This document shows positions 1 through 11,800 of a stretch of DNA of 64,000 nt, piece after piece. The stretch lies in the NCBI GenBank assembly GCA_010093995.1, contig ML992505.1, positions 1,817,533 to 1,881,532 on the forward strand. Direction: 5' to 3'. The position numbers were made by a program, and so were the translations under genes. Within the stretch, counting starts at the first letter, position 1; each line of letters begins with the position of its first letter. This DNA comes from Elsinoe ampelina (taxonomy: Eukaryota). Below the pieces are notes generated by a model. The model did no database searches, was not told where the DNA came from, and was given only the letters and a program-made list of their open reading frames with translations.

Positions 1-963
1 TCTAACCTTATAAAGGCTAAGTATTACTATAAGAGATCTACTTATATTAGTAAAAGGTAGAATCTATTAACTTTGTAGTAGCTATTATAAGGCCTAATAT
101 AGCCTTTGCTACTTCTAGATTGTTAGAGCATCTAACAAATCTATTACTAACTTACTAGAGGATAGTAAATAGAGTAATCTAATATCTCTATAAAACTAAG
201 GATTTAGCTCTTACCTTTAATAGCTTAATGCTACTACTAATCTTTTAAGCTTCCTTAGATGCTAGCTTTAGTAGCTACTTAACAAGGAAGAGCCTTTAAA
301 GCTATCTCTTTAAGATGTTTTAAGGATTAATTAACTAGAAGGCTATAAAGTAACTAATAGTTATAACATTAACTATAGAGGCTAGGCTACTTACTCTTAT
401 AGAGACTACTAAGCAAGCTATATAGTAGAGGAGGCTAATAGCCTCTATCTATCCCCTTAAATATGTTAGCATTTAGTATAACAATTAGTAAATAATTAGC
501 CTTATTACTAGTTTAATTAAGAAGCTTAATATATGTCTTTATTATGTTAATATCTATTATCACTAGCTAAGACAAGAGATTAACCTAGCTAGAGATCTAT
601 CTAGCCCTATCTTAGTGACATAGACACTATCGGCAGATACCTTAGCTAATAGCTTAACTAAGTTATTACTACCTAGAAGGTATAAGGCCTTCTTATAATA
701 GCTATCCCTCGAGTTAGTAGTCCACTAACTAGCTATGACAGCCTTATAGCTATTCAGTAAAGGGGTGTGTCAACCGAGGTATAAGCTAGAGCGCCAAGAA
801 GGACCCTAATTCAGTTTATCCCCTAGTAGAACTAAACACTTATCTACCACTCTACTAATTCATAATCAAATTAGATAGTTATTGTCTTAATCTGTTGCTA
901 TTAAGGAGTTCTTTTGATTTAGCTATCTTTTAGTACACCAGGTTGAGTATTTATGTAGTTACA
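1..963 (+). mobile_element. RIP-degraded Ty1/copia LTR retrotransposon, 3' end (RT end/RNase H, polypurine tract, 3' LTR)
   Basis: Very AT- and TpA-rich. The frame from 258 reads DASF..RKS.*SYLFKMF*G.IN*KAIK*..VITLTIEA.LL, then YVNIYYH*LRQE and LANSLTK, which match copia RNase H motifs (DASF, WKAxKQxTVTTSTTEAELLAL, HVDIxxHWLRQE, ADGLTK) after reversing C>T/G>A changes. Confidence 0.9.
768..963 (+). repeat. Putative 3' LTR of the copia element (~196 bp)
   Basis: Purine tract AAAGGGG at 759-765 is followed by TGTCAAC at 768, and the AT-rich stretch ends in GTTACA at 963 (TG...CA). The 5' LTR is outside the window, so the ends cannot be confirmed. Confidence 0.55.
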
Positions 964-1133
964 ATCCACCTCAGTTTGGTAGATCAGGCAGTAATTAATC
1001 CTTTTTCCTCCCCCACACAAGTCAACACTCGAGCTTTCATTCCTTCAGCTCCAGCTGTCAACAACAACGTCTTCTCACAAACACCACCACCTCAACAATC
1101 CCCTCCCTACCTACCATTCATCCACCACCAACA

Positions 1134-2030
1134 ATGGAATCCCTCGAGAAAACCCTCCGCCCCCTCCTCCAACCCATAACCAACAACCTCCCCACCCCGC
1201 TGGCCAACACAGCCCTCTCCCTCCTCGGGCCCAAATGCTACAACTCACTCCTCCTCTCCATCAACCTCTCCGACACGGACTGCCTCGGCCTCGCCATCTC
1301 CAAAGCCCTCGGCATCGCCATCATCACCGCCTCGAGCATCGTCAAAATCCCCCAACTCCTCAAGCTGCTCAACGCCCGGTCGGCCGCGGGCGTGAGTTTC
1401 CTCTCGTACGCCCTCGAGACGGCCGCGTACCTCGTCACGTTGGCGTATAATGTCCGCCAGGGGTTTCCGTTTAGTACGTACGGCGAGACGGCGTTGATCG
1501 CGGTGCAGAACGTCGCGATTGCCGTGTTGGTGTTGCATTTCTCCGGGAAGAGCGCGGGGGCGGCGGTGTTTGTCGCGGGGTTGGCGGGGGCGGGGTATGC
1601 GTTGTTTAACCAGGGGATTGTCGGGGTGAAAGAGTTGGGGTGGTTGCAGGCTGGTGCTGGGTTGTTGGGGGTCGCGAGTAAGGTGCCGCAGATTGTGACG
1701 ATTTGGCAGCAGGGGGGTACGGGGCAGTTGAGTGCGTTTGCGGTGTTTAATTATCTGGTTGGGAGTCTGGTGAGGATCTTCACGACGTTGCAGGAGGTGG
1801 ATGACAAGTTGATTCTATGGGGGTTTGTGAGTGGGTTCTTATTGAATGCGGTGTTGGCGGCGCAGATGGTGTACTACTGGAATGGCAGCTCGAGTCAGAA
1901 GGAGGTGCAGACGGGGAAGGTCAAGGGGAAGCAGGCGGCAAAATTTGTGGAGGAGAAGGCGAAGGCTACGACGTCGGGAGCAGCGACCAGTCCTCAAGGA
2001 AAGAGTCCAAGTACGAGGAGAAGGGGTTAA
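1134..2030 (+). CDS. MPDU1: Mannose-P-dolichol utilization defect 1 (Lec35/MPDU1) PQ-loop membrane protein
   Basis: Intronless 298-aa ORF with two PQ loops (IVKIPQLLK, ASKVPQIV) and motifs GFPFSTYGE, TGQLSAFAVFNYL and RIFTTLQEVDD. Confidence 0.92.
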   Translation: MESLEKTLRPLLQPITNNLPTPLANTALSLLGPKCYNSLLLSINLSDTDCLGLAISKALGIAIITASSIVKIPQLLKLLNARSAAGVSFLSYALETAAYLVTLAYNVRQGFPFSTYGETALIAVQNVAIAVLVLHFSGKSAGAAVFVAGLAGAGYALFNQGIVGVKELGWLQAGAGLLGVASKVPQIVTIWQQGGTGQLSAFAVFNYLVGSLVRIFTTLQEVDDKLILWGFVSGFLLNAVLAAQMVYYWNGSSSQKEVQTGKVKGKQAAKFVEEKAKATTSGAATSPQGKSPSTRRRG

Positions 2031-2261
2031 ACAGCAATCAGGAACTGCAGGTGGTGAAGGCGAACTCAGACAGCCTCTAGGAGAATTGAAGATCCCACAC
2101 AGTACCATATCTCATTGCTGTCGTCTCTTACGGACTTTCTTGACTTACCAGGAGGATAGACGGACACATTGCACGACAAGGGATTGTCTCGAGCAGGACC
2201 CGCCACGAACGCGGCATTGAAAGCGCCAACCATGATGAGGCGCATTACTAACCATGCCACT

Positions 2262-3040
2262 ACCTTGCAGAATGATGTGAGTCCATCGACGCGTGTCAGT
2301 AGTAAGCGAAAGCAGCCCTGGCTGTCAAGTCTAGGTCCAGGCCGAGCGACACGAGGACTGCGCAAGGACTGCACGAACACTCATCGGCCAGCTGGAATGC
2401 ATGGTATCCGACGCTCCGGCAGCCTTTCGACCTGCGTCCTCCGAGCTGCAAGATAGATTAGCCCCATGCAGGCTTCATGCAATCATCTCGCGACCCTGAT
2501 GACCGGGGCCAACATGCAGGATCAAGCAATCCCATGTGTTCGTAGGAACATCAAGCACGCGGCTCGCAGTCTTGTCCATCTTGGTATTCGCTTACTCTGA
2601 GCTTCGCTTGGTTCTTTCATGCCGGGCAAACCTTGAATCTGCATTGGCGATGAGCCTAGTGAGTCGAACATGCACGCGAGATGGGAGCAGACCCACTTGT
2701 GGTTGTCATCTGGCCTTGCAGACTGGTGAACAGTGTCGAATAGGTCGATGACCGAACACGTACCAGATGTTTGTGATGCGCTTGTGGTTATGAAAACTTT
2801 GACAACTACAAAAGTGGTAGTATTTGGTCTTTCGCACTCGCGTGAGAAGTTTCTTTGCAAGTAAATCTCAAACAAACCTTTGAAACTACCAAACAAGACG
2901 ACATAACGTGGTAAGGTTCGCAAGGTATAACAGAAATTGACCAATGAGAGACAAGAAAATTGGTAATGACCTTCCACATTCAACGTCTGGAAAAATATCC
3001 ATTAGGGTAGCGGGTCAAGTCGTCAATTGTCCATCAGGGT
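2262..3040. promoter_or_regulatory. Candidate zinc-responsive (ZafA/Zap1-type CARGGT) sites
   Basis: ACCTTG at 2262 and 2630, CAAGGT at 2921 and CAGGGT at 3035, all upstream of a ZIP transporter. The motif is short, so some hits may be chance. Confidence 0.4.
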
Positions 3041-3322
3041 TGTCCCACCTCACCTGGACAGCGTGAAATCCTCGAATCTCACCAAAATAAGCACTCGGCT
3101 TCAATTGAAACCAAGGAACTTTATCACTCGTCCAGTTCGTCCGAGCACGTGGGACCGCTGTTGTGTTTTAATCTCTTCCTCTCGCCGTTGCAACACACCC
3201 AGCTACCCTCACCTTCATAATTTTCAAGGATTTCGCGAGACCCTCAACACAATTGATCCTACCGGCACTGCACTCCGGATCGGGCAATTCGACGAAAGGT
3301 ACTTACACAATCGTCGACCAAA

Positions 3323-4539
3323 ATGGCGACCGAAGCTATCCAGAACCTGGCCTGGCATGTAATCCGCCAGGCGACAGAAGATCCTACCACAACAACGACC
3401 GCCGATGTGGCACCAGACACAGAAGCTCCTCCCGCCTGTGACGTTGGCAACGAGTACGATGGCCGAATGGGCGTACGGATTTCAGCAATCTTTGTCATCC
3501 TGATAGGAGCCTGGCTGGGCACATGGTTTCCAGTCTTCGCCTCGAGGAGACAGGGCCTCGGTGTCCCTCAATGGGCCTTCTTTTTGGCCAAGTACTTTGG
3601 TTCTGGTGTGATTGTTGCGACTGCGTTCATCCATGTAAGTACCGGTAGTAACCAGAAAGCCTGGTCGAATTGCAGGCAGTGTCCTCGTAGTACCTTTACT
3701 GACAAAACTACCAGCTTTTGGTTCCGGCGAACGAGAATCTTCTCAACGAGTGCCTCACTGGTCCAATCACCGAGTATCCTTGGGTCGAGGGTATCGCTCT
3801 GATGACCATCTTCGTCCTCTTCTTCGTCGAGCTGATGACCATGCGTTATGCGAAGTTCGGTCACTCCCATGGTCACGACCACCACGACGCTGAGCGTGCG
3901 CCTGCTGAGTACTCTGACGAAGAGCACAAGGCGCCTTCCAACGGTACTGATCCCAACCATCACGTCCCCGGAACCGATCATCTCGGCCACAGCAGAGAGC
4001 ACACCAGCACCGAGGAGAACAAGTGGGGCCTGACCAACGTGGAGTCGTACTCCGCTCAGCTTACCGCCGTCTTCATCCTCGAGTTCGGCATCATCTTCCA
4101 CTCCATCTTCATCGGACTAACATTGGCTGTTGCTGGCGAGGAGTTCACCACTCTCTATGTCGTCCTTGTCTTCCACCAAACCTTTGAGGGTCTTGGTCTC
4201 GGAAGCCGCATGTCCATGATCCCTTGGCCAAAGGAGAAGAGGTGGACGCCCTACTTTCTTGGAGCTGGTTACGCCATCAGCACTCCAATTGCCATCGCGG
4301 TTGGTCTTGGCGTACGAACGACATTCCAGCCCGGTAGTGCGACGACCCTGATTGTGAACGGGGTGTTCGATTCCATCTCGGCTGGTATCCTTCTTTACAC
4401 TGGTCTGGTTGAGCTTATGGCCCATGAGTTCATGTTTTCGCCGTACATGGCCAAAGCACCTATCAAGACTGTCTTGATGGCGTTTGGGTTCATGACGGCA
4501 GGCGCTGGATTGATGGCATTACTTGGAAAGTGGGCATAA
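3323..4539 (+). CDS. ZRT2: ZIP-family zinc transporter (Zrt2/ZrfB type); intron 3635-3714
   Basis: Motifs CDVGNEYDGRMGVRISAIFVIL, KYFGSGVIVATAFIH|LL, a His-rich loop (HSHGHDHH), EFGIIFHSIFIGL and FHQTFEGLGLG. The intron GTAAGT...CTGAC...CAG keeps the frame. Confidence 0.93.
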
Positions 4540-5058
4540 AGAGGGGGAGATATCTGGTAATTTTCGCGGAGGACGCTGCCGGATTTGCATGGCAGTCACT
4601 GGAAGGGCCATAGAACGCTCCTTTCGATAAGTTTGCCATTTATGAAAGCGTAATGATACCACCAGATGTGTTGACTCATTTTGACATTGGGCTTCCGACG
4701 TGACTTGTTCGGTAATTCAGCAGTAAAGTCCTGCCAGCTCGGCGGCTCCAGGTTTCAGATGTCGATGGAATGAGATGGACAAAGTGCTATTGATTCGCGT
4801 GTGAAGTTGATGAAAGGAAATCATGTTCATGCATGCGCCACTGACCTCGCCGCATTCCCCAAAGCCGAGCTCGGCATTCGAGCACCAGAAGAAGCTTGGA
4901 CACCCGCGTCACCACTCCTCCACTCGATAGACATTGTTTATTCTTCGACGCGTCCTGTGCACCTGTGACTTCCTCTTTCATATCCTTCTACCCTTTTGTT
5001 CACACATCCTTACCTCCCATACACAAAAATCGATCAATCTACTTCACGGTAACGCACA

Positions 5059-8000
5059 ATGCCTCCCAAGAAGCGCAAAGCTCCACCTGCCTCGTCTTCA
5101 GCGACAGAGGACGCGCCCGCAACTCGGACCCGAACAACTCGTGCCGCTTGCAATGCCGAGCCTCCAGCGAGCAAACGCGCAAAGACTGCTGCTACCACCG
5201 ACACAAAGGCAAAGCCAACAACGACCGCCACTAAGAACGCACCTGCGAAAAAGGCCGCTGCCAGCGCTGCCACGAAAGAAGATGCGCCGAAGCGAGGCCG
5301 GCCTGCCAAAGCTGCCGAACCCGCAGAGCAGCCCAAGACAGAGGCACCGAAGAGAGGGCGCGCCGCCAAAGCTATTGCGACTGAATCCGAGGATGCGCCT
5401 GAGCCGGTAAAGAAGCGAGGACGGCCCGCGAAGGCTGTCGAGGAGAAGGTTGAGGAAGAACCTGAACCTGCGCCAAAGAGAAAAGGAAGAGCGGCGAAGG
5501 TAGAGGAGACAGCTTCAGAACCTGAGCCCGAGACTGTGCCGGCTAAGAAGCGCGGCCGACCAGCGAAGGCGTCTCAAGAGAATGCACCAGACGCGAACAC
5601 TGCAGCACCGAAGAGAGGCAGAGGCAACAAGGCGGCAGTCTCTGAAGCAGAACCGGAAGCTGTGGCTGAAGTGCCCAAGAAGGGACGAGGAAGAGCTAAA
5701 GCTGCTGCGGAGAAGGAGGAAGAAGAGGCCGAAGCGCCACAGCCGAAGAAGCGAGGGCGCCCGGCTCGTGCTGTTGAGGCGCAAGAAGAGCAGCCTGTAC
5801 CCAAGAAGCGCGGACGAGCGGCCAAGGAGATCGTTCAGGAACCTGCTCCGGCTGCATCTCAGACCAAGAAGCGAGGAAGACCTGCCAAGGAAGAGGAGGT
5901 CAAGGACCAGCCGAAGGCTAAGAAGGCACGAGGGCGAACAGCCAAGGCTGCTGTAGAGGAAGCTAGGGATGTCGACGAGCCAGAAGAGGCGAAGCCAACG
6001 AAAGGAAAGGGGAGAGGCAAGGCCAAAGCATCAGCTGTTGAGCCTGCTGTCAACACCGACAACACAACCCCGGATGTCAAGGCAGACGCTTCTACTGGCG
6101 ACAGATCATACTGGCTCATGAAGGCTGAGCCGGAATCGAGATTGGAATCCACGGCCAGCGGCAAGCAAGTCGATATCAGTTTCACAATCGATGACCTCAA
6201 GAACAAGAAAGGTCCTGAACCGTGGGACGGTGAGTAACATTGCTTCAGACAATGATGCATCCACTGACAATCAAAGGCATCCGCAATCATCAGGCACAGA
6301 AGAATCTCCGAGCAATGACAGTCGGTGATCTCTGCTTCTTCTCCGAGTCCAATTGCAAAGTACCTGGCATCGTCGGCATCATGGAAGTGGTCGGTGAAGC
6401 TCGACCAGATCCTTGTCAGTTTGATCCGGACTCGGCCTACTACGATCCAAAGTCTACCAAAGACAAACCTAAGTGGAACTGCGTCATGGTTGAGTTCAGG
6501 CGCAAGTTTGCGGATAAGTTGCCAATTACTGCATTACGGGACTTTGCAGACAAGGACAGGGAGACAGATCCATTGCATGGCATGCAGCTATTCCGCCAGA
6601 CTCGATTGAGCGTCAGCAAGATCGAGGACTATGAATGGGACTTCATCATGAAGATAGTCGAGCAAAACGAATCAAATGCAGATGCTGGCTCAAGTACACC
6701 AGCGAAGACGCCAAAAGGGAAATCGACTAGTCGCAAGTCAGCCGGTACTACTGAAAAGGGACTGAACGCTACGCCTGCAGAGCCGGTCATAACACACCCT
6801 TCAATCGCGACAGGCAAGAAATCCGGTCGCAAGTCAACCGTGACGTTTGCAGAAGAGACACCGGTCAAGGCGTCAGATGAGACCGATGCAGCAGCGGGAA
6901 AGAAAACACCTGCGCGGTATCGCAAGACCCCTGCAAAGCCAAGCTCATCAACAGCAGACATAGCTGAAGAGCCCGAAAGCGACGGCCCGGAAGCTGAACC
7001 AGAACCAGTAAAGGAGACTCCAGCTCCTCGTGGCAGGAGGGCTGCAGCGACACCAGCTAGCGAGCCCAAAGCGGCCGTGAAGAAAACGCCAACTTCAAGT
7101 GCAACGTCAAAAATACCAGCTACGGAGCCTCGACCAAGAGGTCGCCCACCTGGATCGAAGAATGTGGGCCGCATGCCAGCTGCACCCCAAGATCCGGCTG
7201 AAGATGCAATGGACACTGATCCTCCAGCTGAAGCTGTTGAAACACCAGCGCCGCGACGAGGTCGACCAAAGGCGACTGCCACGCCTGCAACTGAGCCGAA
7301 GCCTAAGGTCAGCAAGACTCCGGCTGCAAAAGAGACATTGGTCCCGAAGACGGAGCCACGTCCTCGTGGTCGCCCGGCAAAAGCACAGCCTGCGGCATCT
7401 GCACCCGTCGACGAGCCGATTGAGGAGGCTGAGCCAGCGACCAATGGTACAGTAGATGCTAGCAATCCTCCCGAAGAGACGCCTGCCCCTCGTCGCGGAC
7501 GTGGCAAGGCAGCTGCTACTCCTGCATCAGAGCCGAAACCGGTTGCAAAGACGCCGGCTGCTAAGAAAGCCGCAGCAGCGCAGGTGCCCAAGACCGAGCC
7601 TCGACCCCGGGGACGAGGCAAAGCCGCAGCTGACCCACCTCCTGCGGACGCCATCGACGACACTGTCCCTGGCGCAGATGAACCAGATGAACCAGCTGTA
7701 GAGCCAGTCAAGACTCCTGCCCCAGCGAAGAAGGGTCGCGCGAAGTTCGAGGTCCCAGCGACCGAGCCGAAGCCCAGCAAAACACCAGCGGCGAGCAAAG
7801 CGGCGATGCCAAAGACAGAGCCTAAACGTGGCCGTCCTTCTACGGTCAAGGACAGCAAGACACCCAAACCTGTCCCAGCTCCAGCAGCCAAGTCGAGAGG
7901 CAAGAAGACTCCGCTCCCTGTCGCAGAGGAAGGAGACTCCACCTTGGCCTCGATCGATCCAACCCCCAGCAAGCCCACCATTCCCCTTGCTTCCCTCACG

Positions 8001-8840
8001 AAGCAAACCACCGGAGATAGCATCGTCGACCCTTCACCAGCCGACGCCCTCAGCCCGGTTCGAGGCAGCCAAGAACTCCCTTCCTCCCCACAAGCAGTCA
8101 AAGACAGCGTTCCAGGCAGCTTCTACGAAGCCCCGGCCGACATAGCCGCCGACGTGGCCGACGCAGCAGACGCAGCCGGCATCGACGAGTCCACCCCCAA
8201 CCCAGGCGCCAACCCCTCAAGCCCCGGTCCAGCAGTAGGCGAGATCGACTTCGCCAGCTCCCCTGCAGTCCCCAACGGCGCAGAAGACGGCGTGCACATC
8301 TCCATCCAAGAACCAACGGAGATCACCTTTTCCGCGTTCGACGACCCAGAAGGCCCAGACGTCACGGACGTCACGGGCCAAAGCGTCGGTAGCGTCGAGC
8401 TTCACGACGGGGTCGCGGAGGTGACTAGCCCTTCGCAGGTGTTTGACGAAGGGGTAGGGATGGATCCCGCCGGGAATGAGGACGAGGTTCTGCCGTCCAC
8501 TGAGCCAGGCGCGGAAGGGAGGCTGAGGACGCCTGAACCCGGCTCGGTCGGCGGGGAGGAGGAGACGACTAGGAGGAGTTTCCTGGGGAGGTTGAGTGAG
8601 GGGTTGGTGAATGTTGTTACGAGTCCGGGGAGGGCGATAGGGAGGGCGTTGAGTGGGACGCCTGGGCCGGGGGTTGGAGAGGGTCGGGAGAAGAGTGTGG
8701 TAGGGGAGGGTCAAGGTGTGTTGGAGAGTGTGCTGGAGGGGGCGGAGGAGGGGCAGGATGGGGAGAGGCAGGAGGCAGATGGGGTGAGGGTGGAGCCGAA
8801 GCCGGTGCAGGTTGAGGAGGTGAGGGATGAAGAGCTTTAG
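5059..8840 (+). CDS. EVE-domain (THYN1-like) protein with many AT-hooks, ~1244 aa; intron 6230-6276
   Basis: Spliced core YWLMKAEPE...PEPWDG|IRNHQAQKNLRAM..GDLCFF.ESNCKVPGIVG...DP.SAYYDPKS...PKW..V...RLSV is an EVE domain. At least 9 RGRP AT-hook cores flank it on both sides. Confidence 0.88.
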
Positions 8841-11800
8841 GAGAGCACGGAGTGGAGTGAGGGGGATACTGGGGGAGATACGCAGGGAGGGTGAGGAGTC
8901 AGTGTGATCAGGTGGTGTGACGAGTAATGAGGGAAAAGCCCAATGTAATCTGTTTCCATCTCCTTGTCTCCAGTGTGAACAGGATCATGATCAAAAAGGG
9001 CAGACTTCTTCGTCGGCGCCTCAAACTTTCCACTCACTTGACTTCACATGGACGACACCATGCATTCGTCCTCGAATAATATGAGAAGCCGGAAGTGATA
9101 GACGCTTCCATTTCCCTCGCCTGCAATCCCGTCTTGGCACACCACAGCACACTTCGATCCTACTTGGCCTTCCAGCCGCGACACACGATCGAGCCCCCCC
9201 GATCGTGCACAACGTCGCCAGCCCGCCCCCACGACCAACGCAAGGACAGTCGCGGACCAGGCCTGGGACACCAGTGCGTCATCGCCCTACCCCCCTCTTT
9301 CAGACAATGGACGGATCAGTCTTCACGACCACGTCTGATGACCGCGGCTACTGCTCGTCGCTGTCCGTGGACTGGAACCCGTCCGTGCCGGGCCAAGGTG
9401 TGCGACTGACCGCTGAGACCAGGACATGAGACCCGCGGGTTGGGCTCCAGGTAGTGGACTGGTGGGAGCGAGCTGCGAGGCGGCGGGTGGGGGCGTGGGA
9501 GTACTGGGGGGTGAGGTTCCGGCGGCAGGAAATGCGGGTCCGGTTGTGGGAGTTGGAGGGTGGAGGGTTTGTCTTCTTGTTCGAGACGAGCGGGGTTGCG
9601 AGGGGTTGATCACTGCGGCTTGGGAGGGGGGCTTCTTCCTTTGCTCGCCTTGGAGGGACGACGACGGGTGGATGAGGTACGAGGTGAGTGTCTGTGTGTG
9701 GTGCGGCGGGTGGGGACTGTGGACGTGTTGCGGGAGGCGTAGTAGAGGTCTGTCTTGGGGATGATTGAGGGCCGCATATTGTCGAGGAGGATTGGTTGGA
9801 TGGATTGTTGTTTGATGGATGCACTGTCGCGATAGTGGCGATGGCGATGTCAAAGGAGCTGGGTGAATTGAAACGACTCTCGAGATGAGTTCGCGCTATT
9901 CGCTTACCCGGTGCTTGAAGAAAGTGACGAGTAAGTGGCGATTCGAGGGAAATATAAATGCTTGATATGATGTGGGACGACTTGGATCAACGAGGTAGTG
10001 GGACGAAGCGGTAACGTGGCAGCTGGCTAGATGCAATTCAGAGACGAATGCGGCATTGGTGGTGCCACCCAAGGTCTATGTTGACCGATGAAGAGAAGGT
10101 AGAGATCGAAACAAGCAGAAAAGGCTGCGCTTGAGACACAGAAGATAGTCGAGGTGTCGACAATACTTGCCTGGAGGCCAACGACAAGGAGACGTATCTC
10201 GCAAATCATCTGGGAACATGCAAGCGGAGAGCAAAAACTGAAACGTGGCTCCTTCGTCGCGCCTCTCGTTTGATCGCAGATGTCCGACTATCTTGTCGTG
10301 GCTAAAGAAACAGTCAGTCTCGACCAACGCAGCCGGGCATAGTCGATGCAAGTTGTAATTGAGATTGTCAACGCGTTACACAAGCGTGCAAGCCATCAAC
10401 ATCGCGCTCTATCAGGATCGTGCTCGTGGTCTGGACCCAGCGCGAGAGCTGTGCCGGACCAATTCTTGAGAACGTAACTGTCGCGTCCCCGTTGCTCGAT
10501 CTTGTGCATACCGTGCAACTGTCGTACAGGGCAGTGATCGGTAGTGCAATTTGCATTTCGGTACTCCTAACCCTCGTCCTGATCAAGCACGATTGCTGCG
10601 GCCGTTGGATGTATGGGGAGGATGCAGTGTGAGGAAGAATGTTGAGATCTGCCGGCGGAATTTTTGCCGGTGGTCTAGACAAGAACGTTGAACGAGTGCC
10701 GGTAGGGCTGAGCTTTGACGGTCTGCATTTTTCCCTGGCACGTTCTGGAAAGGCCGTTGAAACTCGGAGATGAGAATGCTTCGTTGTCGGCATGGTCAAT
10801 TGGATGTGAACGACCGAGCAGAAGCAAAGAAACACCGAATATCCGCCCGGTTTGTTGGGCTAGAACTCACCGTTGAAAGATGCAGCATGAAGATATCGAC
10901 ACGAAGAGTACCATAGGGCAGACTGAACGGCAGATCTGTGCAACTCTGGTTAGGCTTGCATACTTTCACCGCTGCTGCATATTCCTAAACGAATCTTCAG
11001 AACTCCGATCGAGACGTTGCAAAGGTGATCGATGATCGAGTTCGCGTTCTGGTTCGCATACTGCATGACAGGTCCATCAGTCGTGCAGAAATTGACGTTG
11101 CAAAGTGACTGCAAGGCAGCGATACCACCAGCAAGATGTCCTCGAGAGATTTCCACCGAACGCGAATTTGTCCGATGGAAGAATAGGATCGAACCAGAAC
11201 ACCCCTGTCTCGCGGCGAACAGCGCGTACTATTACCTGAAAATTGAAATGAGGATTTCGTCAGTGTGCGCGCACGGCGATGGAAATCCAGGAGATATTGG
11301 ACGCCATTGAATGTTGACCATGACGCTAGTTCCAAGGTTCCGGGTCTGGTGACAGGACTGAGTTTGTGTTAGATCGCCTAAACTTTTTGCGCGTAGAATT
11401 CGAGGATCCAGATCGATATGGCACTGTCAAATCGTGCATGGCTTGATAGACGGTGGAAATGTGCCTGGATGACAAGTCTGGACTCTGACGTGGTCGGAAC
11501 CATGTAAGAAGACGTGTTTGAGCAACTGGTCTCACGTCGCGTCCAGATTCTGTATGCGACAACCCCGCAGATCACCATTAAGCGGTCAAGATGCCTTGGA
11601 AGCGGCGCATGTCCCGTGACCGATGTATCGTCGCCGCATGTTGCGTTCATCGTCGATCGAAACGCTGGATATCCCCCATGTCCACGGCTGTGGGAGATGG
11701 GAAAGGCTGGGCACACGCGCGGGGCAATGATGAGACACGAATTGTGTTGGTGGCCGATCATACAGGTGCTCGCCCTGGTGATCACTGCCCGAAGAAAGCG

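Noticed and set aside
6629..8101. 490-aa antisense ORF, and similar antisense ORFs such as 16411-17733, 39785-40516 and 46521-47877
   Set aside because: These are shadows of GC-rich, low-complexity real genes on the opposite strand, with no domain content.
9205..9853. Overlapping ORFs on both strands in the 9.4 kb skew island
   Set aside because: Open frames are explained by stop-poor C/G-skewed composition, and no coherent gene model or motif was found.
10800..11330. Cys-containing minus-strand ORF fragments, possibly a decayed secreted gene
   Set aside because: No signal peptide or consistent exon chain could be built.
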